DNA of 64,000 bases from Vulcanimicrobiota bacterium (GTDB lineage Bacteria; Vulcanimicrobiota; Vulcanimicrobiia; Eremiobacterales; Eremiobacteraceae), in assembly GCA_963812135.1 (NCBI GenBank), contig CAWETU010000001.1, positions 768,001 through 832,000 of the forward strand. Reading direction: 5' to 3'. The translations under genes were made by a program, and so were the position numbers. Positions 9,819-18,598 of the stretch are shown here, piece by piece. Under the pieces are notes generated by a model, which worked only from the letters and a program-made list of their open reading frames with translations, searched no databases and was not told the DNA's origin. Numbering within the stretch: position 1 is the first letter of the stretch; every line of letters starts with the position of its first letter.

Positions 9819-11520
9819 GCGCTTCGGGCGAACCTTTGCCCTGCTTGCCGGCGTCGCGCTCGTATCGTGTTTGATCTGCGCACCGGTGCGAGCGTCGAGC
9901 GTACCCTTTGTGTTCACCAATGGCAATCTGCTCATTGATTTCAGCGATCTTACCACGCGCGGCGGACTCCGCATGGGGGCCTATCGCACCTATAACTCGT
10001 GGAACACCAACCTCATGGGCAGATACGGCGACGGTTGGGAAACGTCATCCGAGAGCTATCTCGTCGTTCAGGCGGACGGCTCGATCGTCGTGCACGAATT
10101 CGGCGGCGGCGCCAACAATTCGTTTACGCCGACGTCACTCGGCCGCCGCAATGCGACGGATATACTCGACGAGATCATGCGCGCCGCGCAGACGACGGGA
10201 CACTTCGGCAGCGATGCGGACCGCGCCGCGTACGAACACTGGCTCCAGAGCGACGGCAACGAAGAGGACCAGTGGCAGCATTATGTCGACCTCGGCTTGA
10301 TAAAACGGCCCGATCCCCCGGTCGGTCAGACGTTCTTCAGCAGTCAGTTCTACACCGAATACTTGACGCGGGTACCCGAAGGGTACCAACGGGAACGCCG
10401 ATTTCCAGGCAGCGTGTATTTCCAGGCCTTCAACGAGATGGGCAAGATGACCCGATGGTGGGATGCCAACGGCGATTTCATCGCGATCGACTTGACAAAG
10501 GACGGCAACTACGCGCAAGCGTCCGACAATTGGGGCGATCGATTTACGTTTTCGACGACCACCGCCGGACTCGTCACCGGCATCAGCGACTCGCAACACA
10601 TCGTGCGCTATCACTACCAAGCGGCCGCTAAGCCCTACACCGGCTCCGACCTCATGTCCGTGGACATCGACGGCAAGGTGACGCGTTATGGTTACGACGC
10701 GAAAAACCGGCTGATCGCGATTTGGTATGCCGACAACACCGCCATGCACATCACATATGATGATCTCGGGCGAGCGGCGAGCGTCAACGATGCGGACGGT
10801 ACCGTGACAAGCTATCGTTACACCATGTGCGCCACGCCGGCGTCAACCCAATGCACGTTTGAAAAAGACACGCACGCTCCCAACGGTCAGACCCACAGCG
10901 ACGTGACCGCGTTCTCGTATGACGCGGGTGGGCACAAAGAGAAAGACGTCGAGACATACGACGGCGCAGTCATCAAGACGACGGCGTATGACGGTAAGGG
11001 TCTCATCGCGTCGGTGACGACGCCGCAGGGAACGACCGAATTTGGGCGCGATTACCTTAATCGCGTGAACTTCGCACGCGTGCCGAGCGGAACGACGTAC
11101 GCGTGGCAGTACGATCCGGCGAGTCGCAGCGTCTCAATCCTCACGCGCACGACGAAAGACGGCGTCGTGGTGGAGCATTTTCAATACGATCCAAAATTCA
11201 ATCTCGTCCGGGCGTACGACAGTGCCGGCCATGACTTCTCAATCGACCACGATGCACACGGGCGTGTCGCGTCGGTCAGCGGCGGCGAGATCAGTTTGAA
11301 CTTCACCTTCTCGGATGCGCGCGCAACCAGTCCGGACAGCGTCGCGCTCGACGGGGTAGGCTCGGTGAGTCTTTCCTATGACGCCAACGGCGCCGTCGCC
11401 AAGGCGCAAAGCGCGGGCGGCGTTGAGGTCGTCGCGAAAGTCAGGGCCGTGCTGAAATCTGTTGACGACCTTATCGGGGATGCTTCTTTCCATGTGGTCA
11501 CGCTGCCCGCCGGCACATAG
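9808..11520 (+). CDS. Secreted RHS/YD-repeat protein (DUF6531-like N-terminus), no C-terminal toxin
   Basis: Signal peptide; NGNL...RTYNS...YGDGW; repeated YD motifs (YGYDAKNRL, TYDDLGR, YDAGG, YDGKG); overlaps the STAND stop by 11 nt. Confidence 0.8.
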   Translation: MRTERFGRTFALLAGVALVSCLICAPVRASSVPFVFTNGNLLIDFSDLTTRGGLRMGAYRTYNSWNTNLMGRYGDGWETSSESYLVVQADGSIVVHEFGGGANNSFTPTSLGRRNATDILDEIMRAAQTTGHFGSDADRAAYEHWLQSDGNEEDQWQHYVDLGLIKRPDPPVGQTFFSSQFYTEYLTRVPEGYQRERRFPGSVYFQAFNEMGKMTRWWDANGDFIAIDLTKDGNYAQASDNWGDRFTFSTTTAGLVTGISDSQHIVRYHYQAAAKPYTGSDLMSVDIDGKVTRYGYDAKNRLIAIWYADNTAMHITYDDLGRAASVNDADGTVTSYRYTMCATPASTQCTFEKDTHAPNGQTHSDVTAFSYDAGGHKEKDVETYDGAVIKTTAYDGKGLIASVTTPQGTTEFGRDYLNRVNFARVPSGTTYAWQYDPASRSVSILTRTTKDGVVVEHFQYDPKFNLVRAYDSAGHDFSIDHDAHGRVASVSGGEISLNFTFSDARATSPDSVALDGVGSVSLSYDANGAVAKAQSAGGVEVVAKVRAVLKSVDDLIGDASFHVVTLPAGT

Positions 11521-11534
11521 AACCCCTCACAGCT

Positions 11535-12713
11535 TCACGCCGGTTTCGGGCTGGTCTGACCAAATCGATCGGACCAGTCGATGCGCGCCGTCAGCTGCAT
11601 GGTGAGGAACAGTGTGATGATCGCGCCGATGGTGATGGCAAGTCCGCTCGTCCCCTCATTGAACAGCGCGAGCGAGAAGAGGATCAGGTAGAATACCTGG
11701 GCGAGGCCTGCCTCTACCGCCGCAAAGCGCAATCCGACGACGAGCCGCAGGTACGTGATCGTAAGGAACATCGAAACAACCGAGCAGATCGCGAACGCCG
11801 TGCCGATGGGCAAGCGATCGACCGTGTACGCGAAAAGCAGATGGAACGAGAAGAACGCCGCGGCTAAGAAGAAATAGTTCATCGGGTGGAGCTCGATCCG
11901 GCGTATCGTCGTGATGACGAAGATAACGAAGAAGTAGAACAACAGCGAGAGCGGCGCCCAGAACGTGATACGCTGCGCGAGCGGCCCCGGTTGCAGATGC
12001 TCGGGCAATCGCATGCCGATGCCGTAGCCGGCCACGAGATCGCGGTAGCTCCACACAAGATCCCAGCCGCTTGCCGTCTTGCGCTCAGTGGTCGGCGTCA
12101 ATGTGCCCTCGGGAAAGTCGATCGCGTCGAAATCGGTACGCATGGTCAGAACGAAGTCGCGCACCACGTTCACGCCAGGCCCGAACTTGTACGACCACCG
12201 GCCGACGCCGTGCGACCTGTAGGATACGACGACGTCAGCTGCACGACCGGGTGCCACGGGGATGTCGAGATCGATGACCCCGATCGCAGCGGGATCGGTG
12301 ACGGGTGCGCCGTTGACGAGCACTTTGACGTCATCGTACACGGCGTTGTCGGCAGGCAAACGCAGCTGAAACCCCACGCGCTGACCGTTGCCGTTGTTCA
12401 CCACCCGATACGCGCCCGAAAAATCGACGCGATAGGTGTTGAACCAGATCAACCCCTTCCGGCGTTGGTCGAGCGCAAGCGCGACACCGATGGTACTGGC
12501 GTCGGGTGGTTTGTTGAGGATCAGCTTGCCCTGCGTGACCGAGAAGATCGGGGCGCTTTGCGTCTGCTCGGGCAACCATAACGTCCCTATCGCTCGCCGC
12601 TGCGTTTCGCCGGCTTGCTCAGATCGATACAGCAGCGTGGCGCCGAGAACCATCCATGCCGCGGTCGCCCCGATCCAGATGAGGATCAACGCTGCGATGC
12701 GCAACGCCATCAT
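11535..12713 (-). CDS. Inner membrane CreD-like protein
   Basis: N-terminal TM, extracytoplasmic domain with RRKGLIWFNTY, C-terminal multi-TM block with LHPMNYFFLAAAFFSFHLL. Confidence 0.75.
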   Translation of the reverse strand: MMALRIAALILIWIGATAAWMVLGATLLYRSEQAGETQRRAIGTLWLPEQTQSAPIFSVTQGKLILNKPPDASTIGVALALDQRRKGLIWFNTYRVDFSGAYRVVNNGNGQRVGFQLRLPADNAVYDDVKVLVNGAPVTDPAAIGVIDLDIPVAPGRAADVVVSYRSHGVGRWSYKFGPGVNVVRDFVLTMRTDFDAIDFPEGTLTPTTERKTASGWDLVWSYRDLVAGYGIGMRLPEHLQPGPLAQRITFWAPLSLLFYFFVIFVITTIRRIELHPMNYFFLAAAFFSFHLLFAYTVDRLPIGTAFAICSVVSMFLTITYLRLVVGLRFAAVEAGLAQVFYLILFSLALFNEGTSGLAITIGAIITLFLTMQLTARIDWSDRFGQTSPKPA

Positions 12714-12714
12714 G

Positions 12715-12770
12715 TTTACTTTGCCTCACAAAGTCAATGTCTTGCTTTACTTTGTACCACAAAGTCAATG
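12715..12770. promoter_or_regulatory. Two tandem palindromic operators ACTTTG-N5-CAAAGT (25-bp direct repeat, 31-bp period) upstream of the creD-like gene
   Basis: TTTACTTTGCCTCACAAAGTCAATG (12715-12739) and TTTACTTTGTACCACAAAGTCAATG (12746-12770); on the minus strand they contain TTGACT and the GAGG SD. Confidence 0.75.
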
Positions 12771-12821
12771 GCAGCGCAAGAGCGAAGTTGACGCTCCGAG
12801 GCTTTCCGACGACGATTTCGG

Positions 12822-14093
12822 CTAGCGGACTAAGCGGAACTTCGCATAGACGTACGGATAATTGGGCCGGAACCAGTTGCGCAGGCTCCGCCGGATGAGC
12901 TCGCGCGCGGTCACCGCCGAGGCGCCCTTCATCACGAAGTGCTCGCCGTCGAAGAAGTCGGCCGAGTAGCCCGGATACGACTGCATGCGCTCGAAGCCGG
13001 GCAGCGGTCCGAACACGGTCGACGTCCACTCCCAGCCGTTGCCGACAAGATCCTCGACGCCCCACGCGCTCGCGCCCGCCGGGTGAGAACCTGCGTCGAC
13101 CGGATCGAAGCGATCGAAACCGAAGTTGCCGTGCTCCGATGACGGCGCCGCATCGCCCCAGGGTTGGCTGCGTTCGGATCCATCGGGAGTCCCATACGCC
13201 GCGCGATGGAACTCAGGCTCGGTCATCAGCCGCGCGCCGCGCCACGCCGCGTACTTGCTCGCCTGCTCTTGCGAGACATAGACGGGCCACGCGGGCGGAA
13301 GCGGCAGTTCTTCGAACATCGCGACCTGCATCCAGCGCCCATCGCGTTTGACCCAGAACGCCGGCGCTTCGCCGCCGCCTTGCTCGACGAACTCGAGCCA
13401 GTCCGCATTGGTGACGCTGTGCTTGTCGATCTCAAATGCCGGCACGTCGACTTCGAGCGTACGAAACTCGTTATCCCAACCGAACTCGACGTTTTCGGGC
13501 GACGCGCCCAGCGTCGCACGGCCTGCGGGCACGCGTATGCGAGCCTTTTCCGGCGGCGCTCCTCCGGCGACGGGTCTGACGCTGCCCGCGGGTGCGCGCT
13601 TTTCCGCCAACGGCACGCGATGCAACATGTACAGCAGCGTCTCGTGATGCATCGGTTCGTGTTCCAAGATGGTGTAGATCGCTTCTTTGACGCGCGGCGT
13701 GACCGAACGCGGGTCGGCGTCCGCCTTGCGCAAGATCTCACGCACCGCGGCATCCCACTTGGCTGCCATCGCCTGCACCTCAGCACGCGACGGCCACTGC
13801 TGCGGCGCGCTTTTTTGTGCAGCGTCGGCACTGCTAGGATCGATGCCGCGATAGAACAGCCGCTCCAAGCCCTCGTCGATGGCCGCGACGCCGACCGCAT
13901 CTTTGGCGAGCGTGATGAAACTGAACGCGGGGATGTGCCCCTCGTAGAACCGGACCGGGTGGCGCAGTGGGATCGGTCGCGAGTCGTACGCCTCGGGCGT
14001 GACCATGTCGAACAGCGACGCCGAGCGGCGCCGGTTCTCATCATACCACTGTGTGAAACTCGACCGGCCGGTGGTCGCGAGCGTGACGGCCAT
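12822..14093 (-). CDS. SUMF1/EgtB/OvoA-family non-heme iron sulfoxide synthase (DinB-like + FGE-sulfatase domains)
   Basis: LRHPVRFYEGH and EHEPMHHE iron ligands; FGWDNE, LVGNGWEWT, RNWFRPNYPY; ATG 14093 with GGAG SD. Confidence 0.85.
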   Translation of the reverse strand: MAVTLATTGRSSFTQWYDENRRRSASLFDMVTPEAYDSRPIPLRHPVRFYEGHIPAFSFITLAKDAVGVAAIDEGLERLFYRGIDPSSADAAQKSAPQQWPSRAEVQAMAAKWDAAVREILRKADADPRSVTPRVKEAIYTILEHEPMHHETLLYMLHRVPLAEKRAPAGSVRPVAGGAPPEKARIRVPAGRATLGASPENVEFGWDNEFRTLEVDVPAFEIDKHSVTNADWLEFVEQGGGEAPAFWVKRDGRWMQVAMFEELPLPPAWPVYVSQEQASKYAAWRGARLMTEPEFHRAAYGTPDGSERSQPWGDAAPSSEHGNFGFDRFDPVDAGSHPAGASAWGVEDLVGNGWEWTSTVFGPLPGFERMQSYPGYSADFFDGEHFVMKGASAVTARELIRRSLRNWFRPNYPYVYAKFRLVR

Positions 14094-14193
14094 GGGAACT
14101 CTCCAATCTTGACCCGCTTGATACAAGAAACGGCTTGCGGGCACGGGTACGTTTACCCTCCACTTCGCGGGCCTACGCGCGGTCCGTACTATA

Positions 14194-14895
14194 CTACTGG
14201 ATAGAGGCGACCAAGAACGGTTTCGTCGTCGGCGCCTGCGAGCCGCCGTCAGGTTCAACCGTCACCGCGACCGTCAGTCCTTTTTCTGCGCCCACCGGCA
14301 GCACGACGCTCGCGTCGCCGTTCGCGTCCGGTTTGAACGTCGGCGCCGGCGTGGGTTTTGCGCCCGCTCTGATGTACCACGCTTGATAGACCTTGCCCGA
14401 CGGCGCCGGTTGGAAACCGTGCGCTTCGAGTCGCAGTGTGCCTCCCGCAGCGACGACGCGTCCGCTGATCCCGCATGGCTCGACCGAAGTGCATGCGACG
14501 GCCCAGCTGCGCGCGCCGAACTTGCCCGATTCGATCGCCCACGTCGTCGCGAAGACGATCAGCACCACCGCCGCCGCGGCGGCGAGCCAACCGGGTTGTC
14601 TCCAAAACGCCGGCCGCATGGGGATGACGCGAGGCGCTGGTTGCGATGTGGACGACGTTTGGGGCGCGGGCTTCGTCTTCGCGATCGCCAGCACGCGCTC
14701 GCGCAGACCGGGTGGCGGCGGCTCGGCAACGCTGGCGGCCAATGCGAATGCGGCGAGGCGGCCGCGCATGAGCGCTTCTCGGCAACCTGGATCTTTGAGA
14801 TATGCTTCGACCGCGGCTCGCTCTTCCGGCTCGAGCCCGCCCAGCGCATAAAGTTCGGCGAGCTCGCGCATGGCCTGGTCGCGCTCGTCCATCAT
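14194..14895 (-). CDS. Anti-sigma factor, RskA family
   Basis: ELYALGGL...PPPGLRERVL, TM WLAAAAAVV, YQAW, AVTVEPDGGS..PT; ATGA overlap with the sigma gene. Confidence 0.88.
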   Translation of the reverse strand: MMDERDQAMRELAELYALGGLEPEERAAVEAYLKDPGCREALMRGRLAAFALAASVAEPPPPGLRERVLAIAKTKPAPQTSSTSQPAPRVIPMRPAFWRQPGWLAAAAAVVLIVFATTWAIESGKFGARSWAVACTSVEPCGISGRVVAAGGTLRLEAHGFQPAPSGKVYQAWYIRAGAKPTPAPTFKPDANGDASVVLPVGAEKGLTVAVTVEPDGGSQAPTTKPFLVASIQ

Positions 14896-15428
14896 GTCGT
14901 TTGTACCTCGCCGAGCGCGTCCATCAGACGTCGCAGGCCCGCGCGGATGCGGCTCTTGATCGTGCCGAGCGGCGCGCCGAGCTTCTCCGCGACCTCGCGA
15001 TAGGAGAGCCCGTCGAAAAACGCACGCTCGATCGCCTCGCGCTGATCGGGCGGCAACGTGCGCAGCGCGTCGCCGACCGCGGCCGCCCGCACGCGTTCGA
15101 ACACTTCATCATCGATATCGGTCAGCGCCGGCAAGTCGGTGGGCATCTCAGGTTCACGCGTGCGCACCGCCGCGCTCCGCAAGACGTCGATCGACGCATT
15201 GCGCGCCACGGTCGCCACCCACGCGGCGAAATTGCCGCCTTGGAACGACGCCGGCCGCGACCAGATCTGTAAGAACACGGATTGGGCGACGTCTTCAGCT
15301 TGCGTCGCATTGCCCAGCATCCGCCGCGCGACGCCGAAGACGAGCGCCGCGTGACGATCGTACAGCTGCGCGAAGGCGTCTGCATCGCCGCGGCGCACAC
15401 GCTCGATCAGCGCAGCATCGTCACCCAT
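14892..15428 (-). CDS. ECF sigma-70 factor (SigK-like)
   Basis: AFAQLYDRH, AEDVAQSVF, VARNASIDVLR, LGTIKSRIRAGL; alternative start ATG 15536. Confidence 0.92.
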   Translation of the reverse strand: MGDDAALIERVRRGDADAFAQLYDRHAALVFGVARRMLGNATQAEDVAQSVFLQIWSRPASFQGGNFAAWVATVARNASIDVLRSAAVRTREPEMPTDLPALTDIDDEVFERVRAAAVGDALRTLPPDQREAIERAFFDGLSYREVAEKLGAPLGTIKSRIRAGLRRLMDALGEVQTT

Positions 15429-15548
15429 GTAGCCGCGCGGTTCGCGCGCGAAAGACGCATCGCCTGGTGTGCCCGACGCTGCTGGCCACCAGATTCCAAG
15501 CAGCATCCTACGATGCGCGACTCCGATCGTGCACATAACTATAAGAAG

Positions 15549-15616
15549 AACGGCTCCCGCGCTCCCGCGGATTGATGCCGGGCGAATCGCTCATCCGAGG
15601 TTCATCGTGGTTCGTT
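15549..15616. promoter_or_regulatory. Back-to-back ECF-type promoters ATCC-N16-CGTT
   Basis: Minus strand: CAATCC(15574-15569)-N16-CGTT(15552-15549). Plus strand: TCATCC(15591-15596)-N16-CGTT(15613-15616). Confidence 0.6.
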
Positions 15617-15652
15617 AGGCGAGTGCACCCTTCTCGTCTAGGAGGCTATTTG

Positions 15653-16447
15653 ATGAACCGCAAGATGTTGCCCATAGCGGGCGGAGTCGCGTTTGCCGCA
15701 TTGGCGGGCGCGCTCTTCTTGTACACCGCGCATCCGGTGCGCGGCTCCGATCACCAAGACTCGCCCACCATGATCGCGCGACCGGGCGCGGACATCACCG
15801 ACGTGTTCGTGTTCCCGCCACCGACCGGCGGCGCAGAACAGAACAACAACGTCGTGCTGGTGATGAACGTGAACCCGCTGATCCCGATGGGGCAATCCGG
15901 CAGCTTCGCATTCGACCCCGCGGTCTTGTATCAATTCAAGATCGCGCTCGGCAGCGACACGGCCGAAGACCTCGTCATCCAGTTCAAGGCCAACGCATCT
16001 GGAACCGCGCAGACGCTGACGATGTACGGACCGGCGAAGCCGAACGTCGCCGGCACAACGTCCATGCTCGTCGCGTCCACGGGATCATTCGGCTTCAACA
16101 CGCCGGCGACGCTCACGCTCAACGGCAAACAGATCCAGGTCTTCGCCGGACCGCGCGAGGACCCGTTCTTCTTCGACCTCGCGCGCTTCTTCATGATCAT
16201 CCCGGATCGCAACTACCAGAACCAGCCGAATCCGCCGCCGGCGACCGCGTCGTCGTTCCGCGGCTTCCCGAACGCGGGCAACACGACGACCTGCGACCAC
16301 ACCGCCTCGCAAGATTTCTTGTCGAGCAATGGTTTCAACGTCCTGTCATTGGTCGTCGAGCTGCCGCGCACGCTGCTCGCGCCCACGTCCGGCGTTCCCG
16401 GCGTCATCAAGGTGTGGGCGACCAGCAGCACCACGTCAGGCTCATAG
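15653..16447 (+). CDS. DUF4331 family secreted protein (N-terminal type)
   Basis: Signal peptide, SDHQDSP, ADITDVFVF, FAGPREDPFFFDL; GGAGG SD. Confidence 0.85.
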   Translation: MNRKMLPIAGGVAFAALAGALFLYTAHPVRGSDHQDSPTMIARPGADITDVFVFPPPTGGAEQNNNVVLVMNVNPLIPMGQSGSFAFDPAVLYQFKIALGSDTAEDLVIQFKANASGTAQTLTMYGPAKPNVAGTTSMLVASTGSFGFNTPATLTLNGKQIQVFAGPREDPFFFDLARFFMIIPDRNYQNQPNPPPATASSFRGFPNAGNTTTCDHTASQDFLSSNGFNVLSLVVELPRTLLAPTSGVPGVIKVWATSSTTSGS

Positions 16448-16461
16448 GAGGTTTGAAACAC

Positions 16462-17049
16462 ATGCGCATCATCACTCTGTTCGGGCTCGGTGCCGTCGTG
16501 ATCGCCTCCGTGGCGGCCGCAGCGTGTTCGAGCAGCTCGACAAGCACCAATCCCACCACGCAATCATATACGCAGATCGAACGCCTCGCCCGTCCGGCCG
16601 TCAAAGAAGCGTTTGAGGCGTACCAACGCCACGATCAGACGAACAGAAGCTCGCCGTTCGCCGATCCGATCTTGCCGGGCGACATCACGGCGTTCATGAC
16701 GGGACCGAGCAGCGTCGCGAATCGGTCGGCCGGGACCGCCACCGCGCTGGTCGGCGTGCTCATTCCCGACGTCATGATCTCCGATCTGTCGCAGTCGGGC
16801 GTCGGCGCCGCATATCTCGGCGTTGAGACCGGCGGCGCCACCGGCAGCAAGTTCGGCGGCCGCGGATTGCATGACGACGTCATCGCCACCGACTTGAGCG
16901 CGATCTTCGGAAACACGCTCTCGGCGCTCGGCCTCGTGGCCGACGATGGCGCGGAATCGCCGTGCCTTGCGAACGACAACGTGCCGTATGGCAGCAGCGG
17001 CGGCAAACACGACACTACGACATTCCCCTACGTCGGGGCTCCACGTTAG
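16462..17049 (+). CDS. DUF4331 family lipoprotein (C-terminal type)
   Basis: Lipobox AAAC, YTQIERLARPAV, GGRGLHDDVI, FPYVG; AGGAGG SD. Confidence 0.8.
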   Translation: MRIITLFGLGAVVIASVAAAACSSSSTSTNPTTQSYTQIERLARPAVKEAFEAYQRHDQTNRSSPFADPILPGDITAFMTGPSSVANRSAGTATALVGVLIPDVMISDLSQSGVGAAYLGVETGGATGSKFGGRGLHDDVIATDLSAIFGNTLSALGLVADDGAESPCLANDNVPYGSSGGKHDTTTFPYVGAPR

Positions 17050-17072
17050 AGCATACCAACGTACGAGCAACC

Positions 17073-17108
17073 GGGCGGGCGTCAGGCGACGCCCGCCCTT
17101 CTCTTTTT
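17073..17108 (+). terminator. Intrinsic terminator
   Basis: GGGCGGGCGTC-AGGC-GACGCCCGCCC followed by TTCTCTTTTT. Confidence 0.85.
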
Positions 17109-17275
17109 GCCCGAACAGCCGCTCGAAGTAGAAATTTCGTCCGGCGGGACGACAGAATCGGCAAATCTCGTCATATCCGTCCCTGCCGGCCCTAGACGTT
17201 TGGCCCTCGGGTATCGAATACGTACTATCGCCCTCGGGGCGACCTACCAGAGCCAACGTCAGGAAAACCCACAAC

Positions 17276-18571
17276 ATGCCCCCGCGCAAGAAAACCAGCG
17301 CCCCGGTCAGCCATCGACTGCGCAATGGTCTCCGCGTCGTCACCACGCACACGCCCGATTCGGGCACGCTGAGCGTCTCGCTCGCGCTGCGCGCGGGATC
17401 GCTCTACGACCCGCCGCATGCGAACGGCCTCGCCCATTTCTTGGAGCACTTGATCTTCAAAGCCACCGCGGACTACTCGCGCCAGGAGCTGGCCGCGGCG
17501 ATGCAGCGGTGCGGCAATCGCTTCGATCCGTCGACCAACAAAGAACTGATCTCGATCTCGGGCAGCGTGCCGGTCGCGAAGACCGAGCTGGCGCTCGACC
17601 TCATCAGCAGCGTCGCCCGCCGGCCGCTGCTCGATCCAAAAGATTTCGAGACCGAGCGCAACGTCGTGCTCGAGGAGCTGCGCGATTGGGAGGATGACCC
17701 GAGCAAGCGGATCGAGGTCCTCAGCGACGCCGCGCTGTGGGGCTCGCACCCGCTTGGCCGTGACATCGGCGGCACGCGCGCGACGGTGCGCGAGATCTCG
17801 CGCGCACAGGTACGGAATTTCCACCGGCGTTTCTTCCACCCGCGCAACGCGGTGCTCAGCCTCGCCGGGCCGTTGAGCCAGCCCGCGCTGGTCGATGCCG
17901 CCACGCGACACTTCGGATCGTGGCGAGCGGCGCCGACGGCAATCGTGGCGGTCCCGCCGCGGCATGCGTCCTATCAGCCATCGATGAGCCGCGGCCGGCG
18001 CGCGAAGACGCTGCGCCGCGCGAACTCGCAGCAAGTGTGGTTCTCGATCTCGACGACGACGCCGTCATACCCCGACGGCTACGACGCGGTGCTGCGCACG
18101 CAGCTCGCCCAGACGATGATCGGCGAAGGCGACGGCAGCCGGCTGTGGGATGGCCTGCGCGAAAAGCTCGGCTTGGCGTACGAGGTGTACACCACACAGG
18201 ATTTCTATGGCAGCGTTGGTGTGATGAGCGCGATGGCCGCGGTCGGACGCGGCCGCGCCGCGGTCGCTATGCGCGAGATGCGACGCATCTTGGAAGAGAC
18301 GCGCCACGGTTTCTCGACCGATGAGTTCGACCGCGGACGCGAAGCGTTCGCCTCGCAGATCCAGCTGTACTCCGAATGGAACGGCGAGCTCGCGCGCCGG
18401 TATGCCGAGCTGTCGCTCTTCGACCAGCCGCTGATCACGCCGCAGCAAGAGCTCGACATGCTCGCGACGCTGCGCGCGTCGGATTTCAACGACTTCATCA
18501 AGGAGAAGATCCGTTGGGATTCAGGTACGCTGTGCGCGATTGGAGCAGGCTCCGCTCTGGAGGCGATGTAG
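17276..18571 (+). CDS. M16 family (pitrilysin-like) zinc peptidase
   Basis: GLAHFLEH inverted zinc motif, ERNVVLEE, SRLWDGLREKLGLAY. Confidence 0.92.
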   Translation: MPPRKKTSAPVSHRLRNGLRVVTTHTPDSGTLSVSLALRAGSLYDPPHANGLAHFLEHLIFKATADYSRQELAAAMQRCGNRFDPSTNKELISISGSVPVAKTELALDLISSVARRPLLDPKDFETERNVVLEELRDWEDDPSKRIEVLSDAALWGSHPLGRDIGGTRATVREISRAQVRNFHRRFFHPRNAVLSLAGPLSQPALVDAATRHFGSWRAAPTAIVAVPPRHASYQPSMSRGRRAKTLRRANSQQVWFSISTTTPSYPDGYDAVLRTQLAQTMIGEGDGSRLWDGLREKLGLAYEVYTTQDFYGSVGVMSAMAAVGRGRAAVAMREMRRILEETRHGFSTDEFDRGREAFASQIQLYSEWNGELARRYAELSLFDQPLITPQQELDMLATLRASDFNDFIKEKIRWDSGTLCAIGAGSALEAM

Positions 18572-18591
18572 CGGTCGAATTTATTCGATCG
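18565..18591. repeat. GTAG-type REP-like palindrome, copy 1
   Basis: GATGTAGCGGTCGAATTTATTCGATCG; overlaps the M16 stop codon; a degenerate core TCGAGTTTACTCGACCG follows. Confidence 0.75.
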
Positions 18592-18598
18592 TTCGAGT

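Noticed and set aside
12715..12770. Mini CRISPR array
   Set aside because: Only two 25-bp repeats with a 6-bp spacer and no cas genes; it fits an operator.
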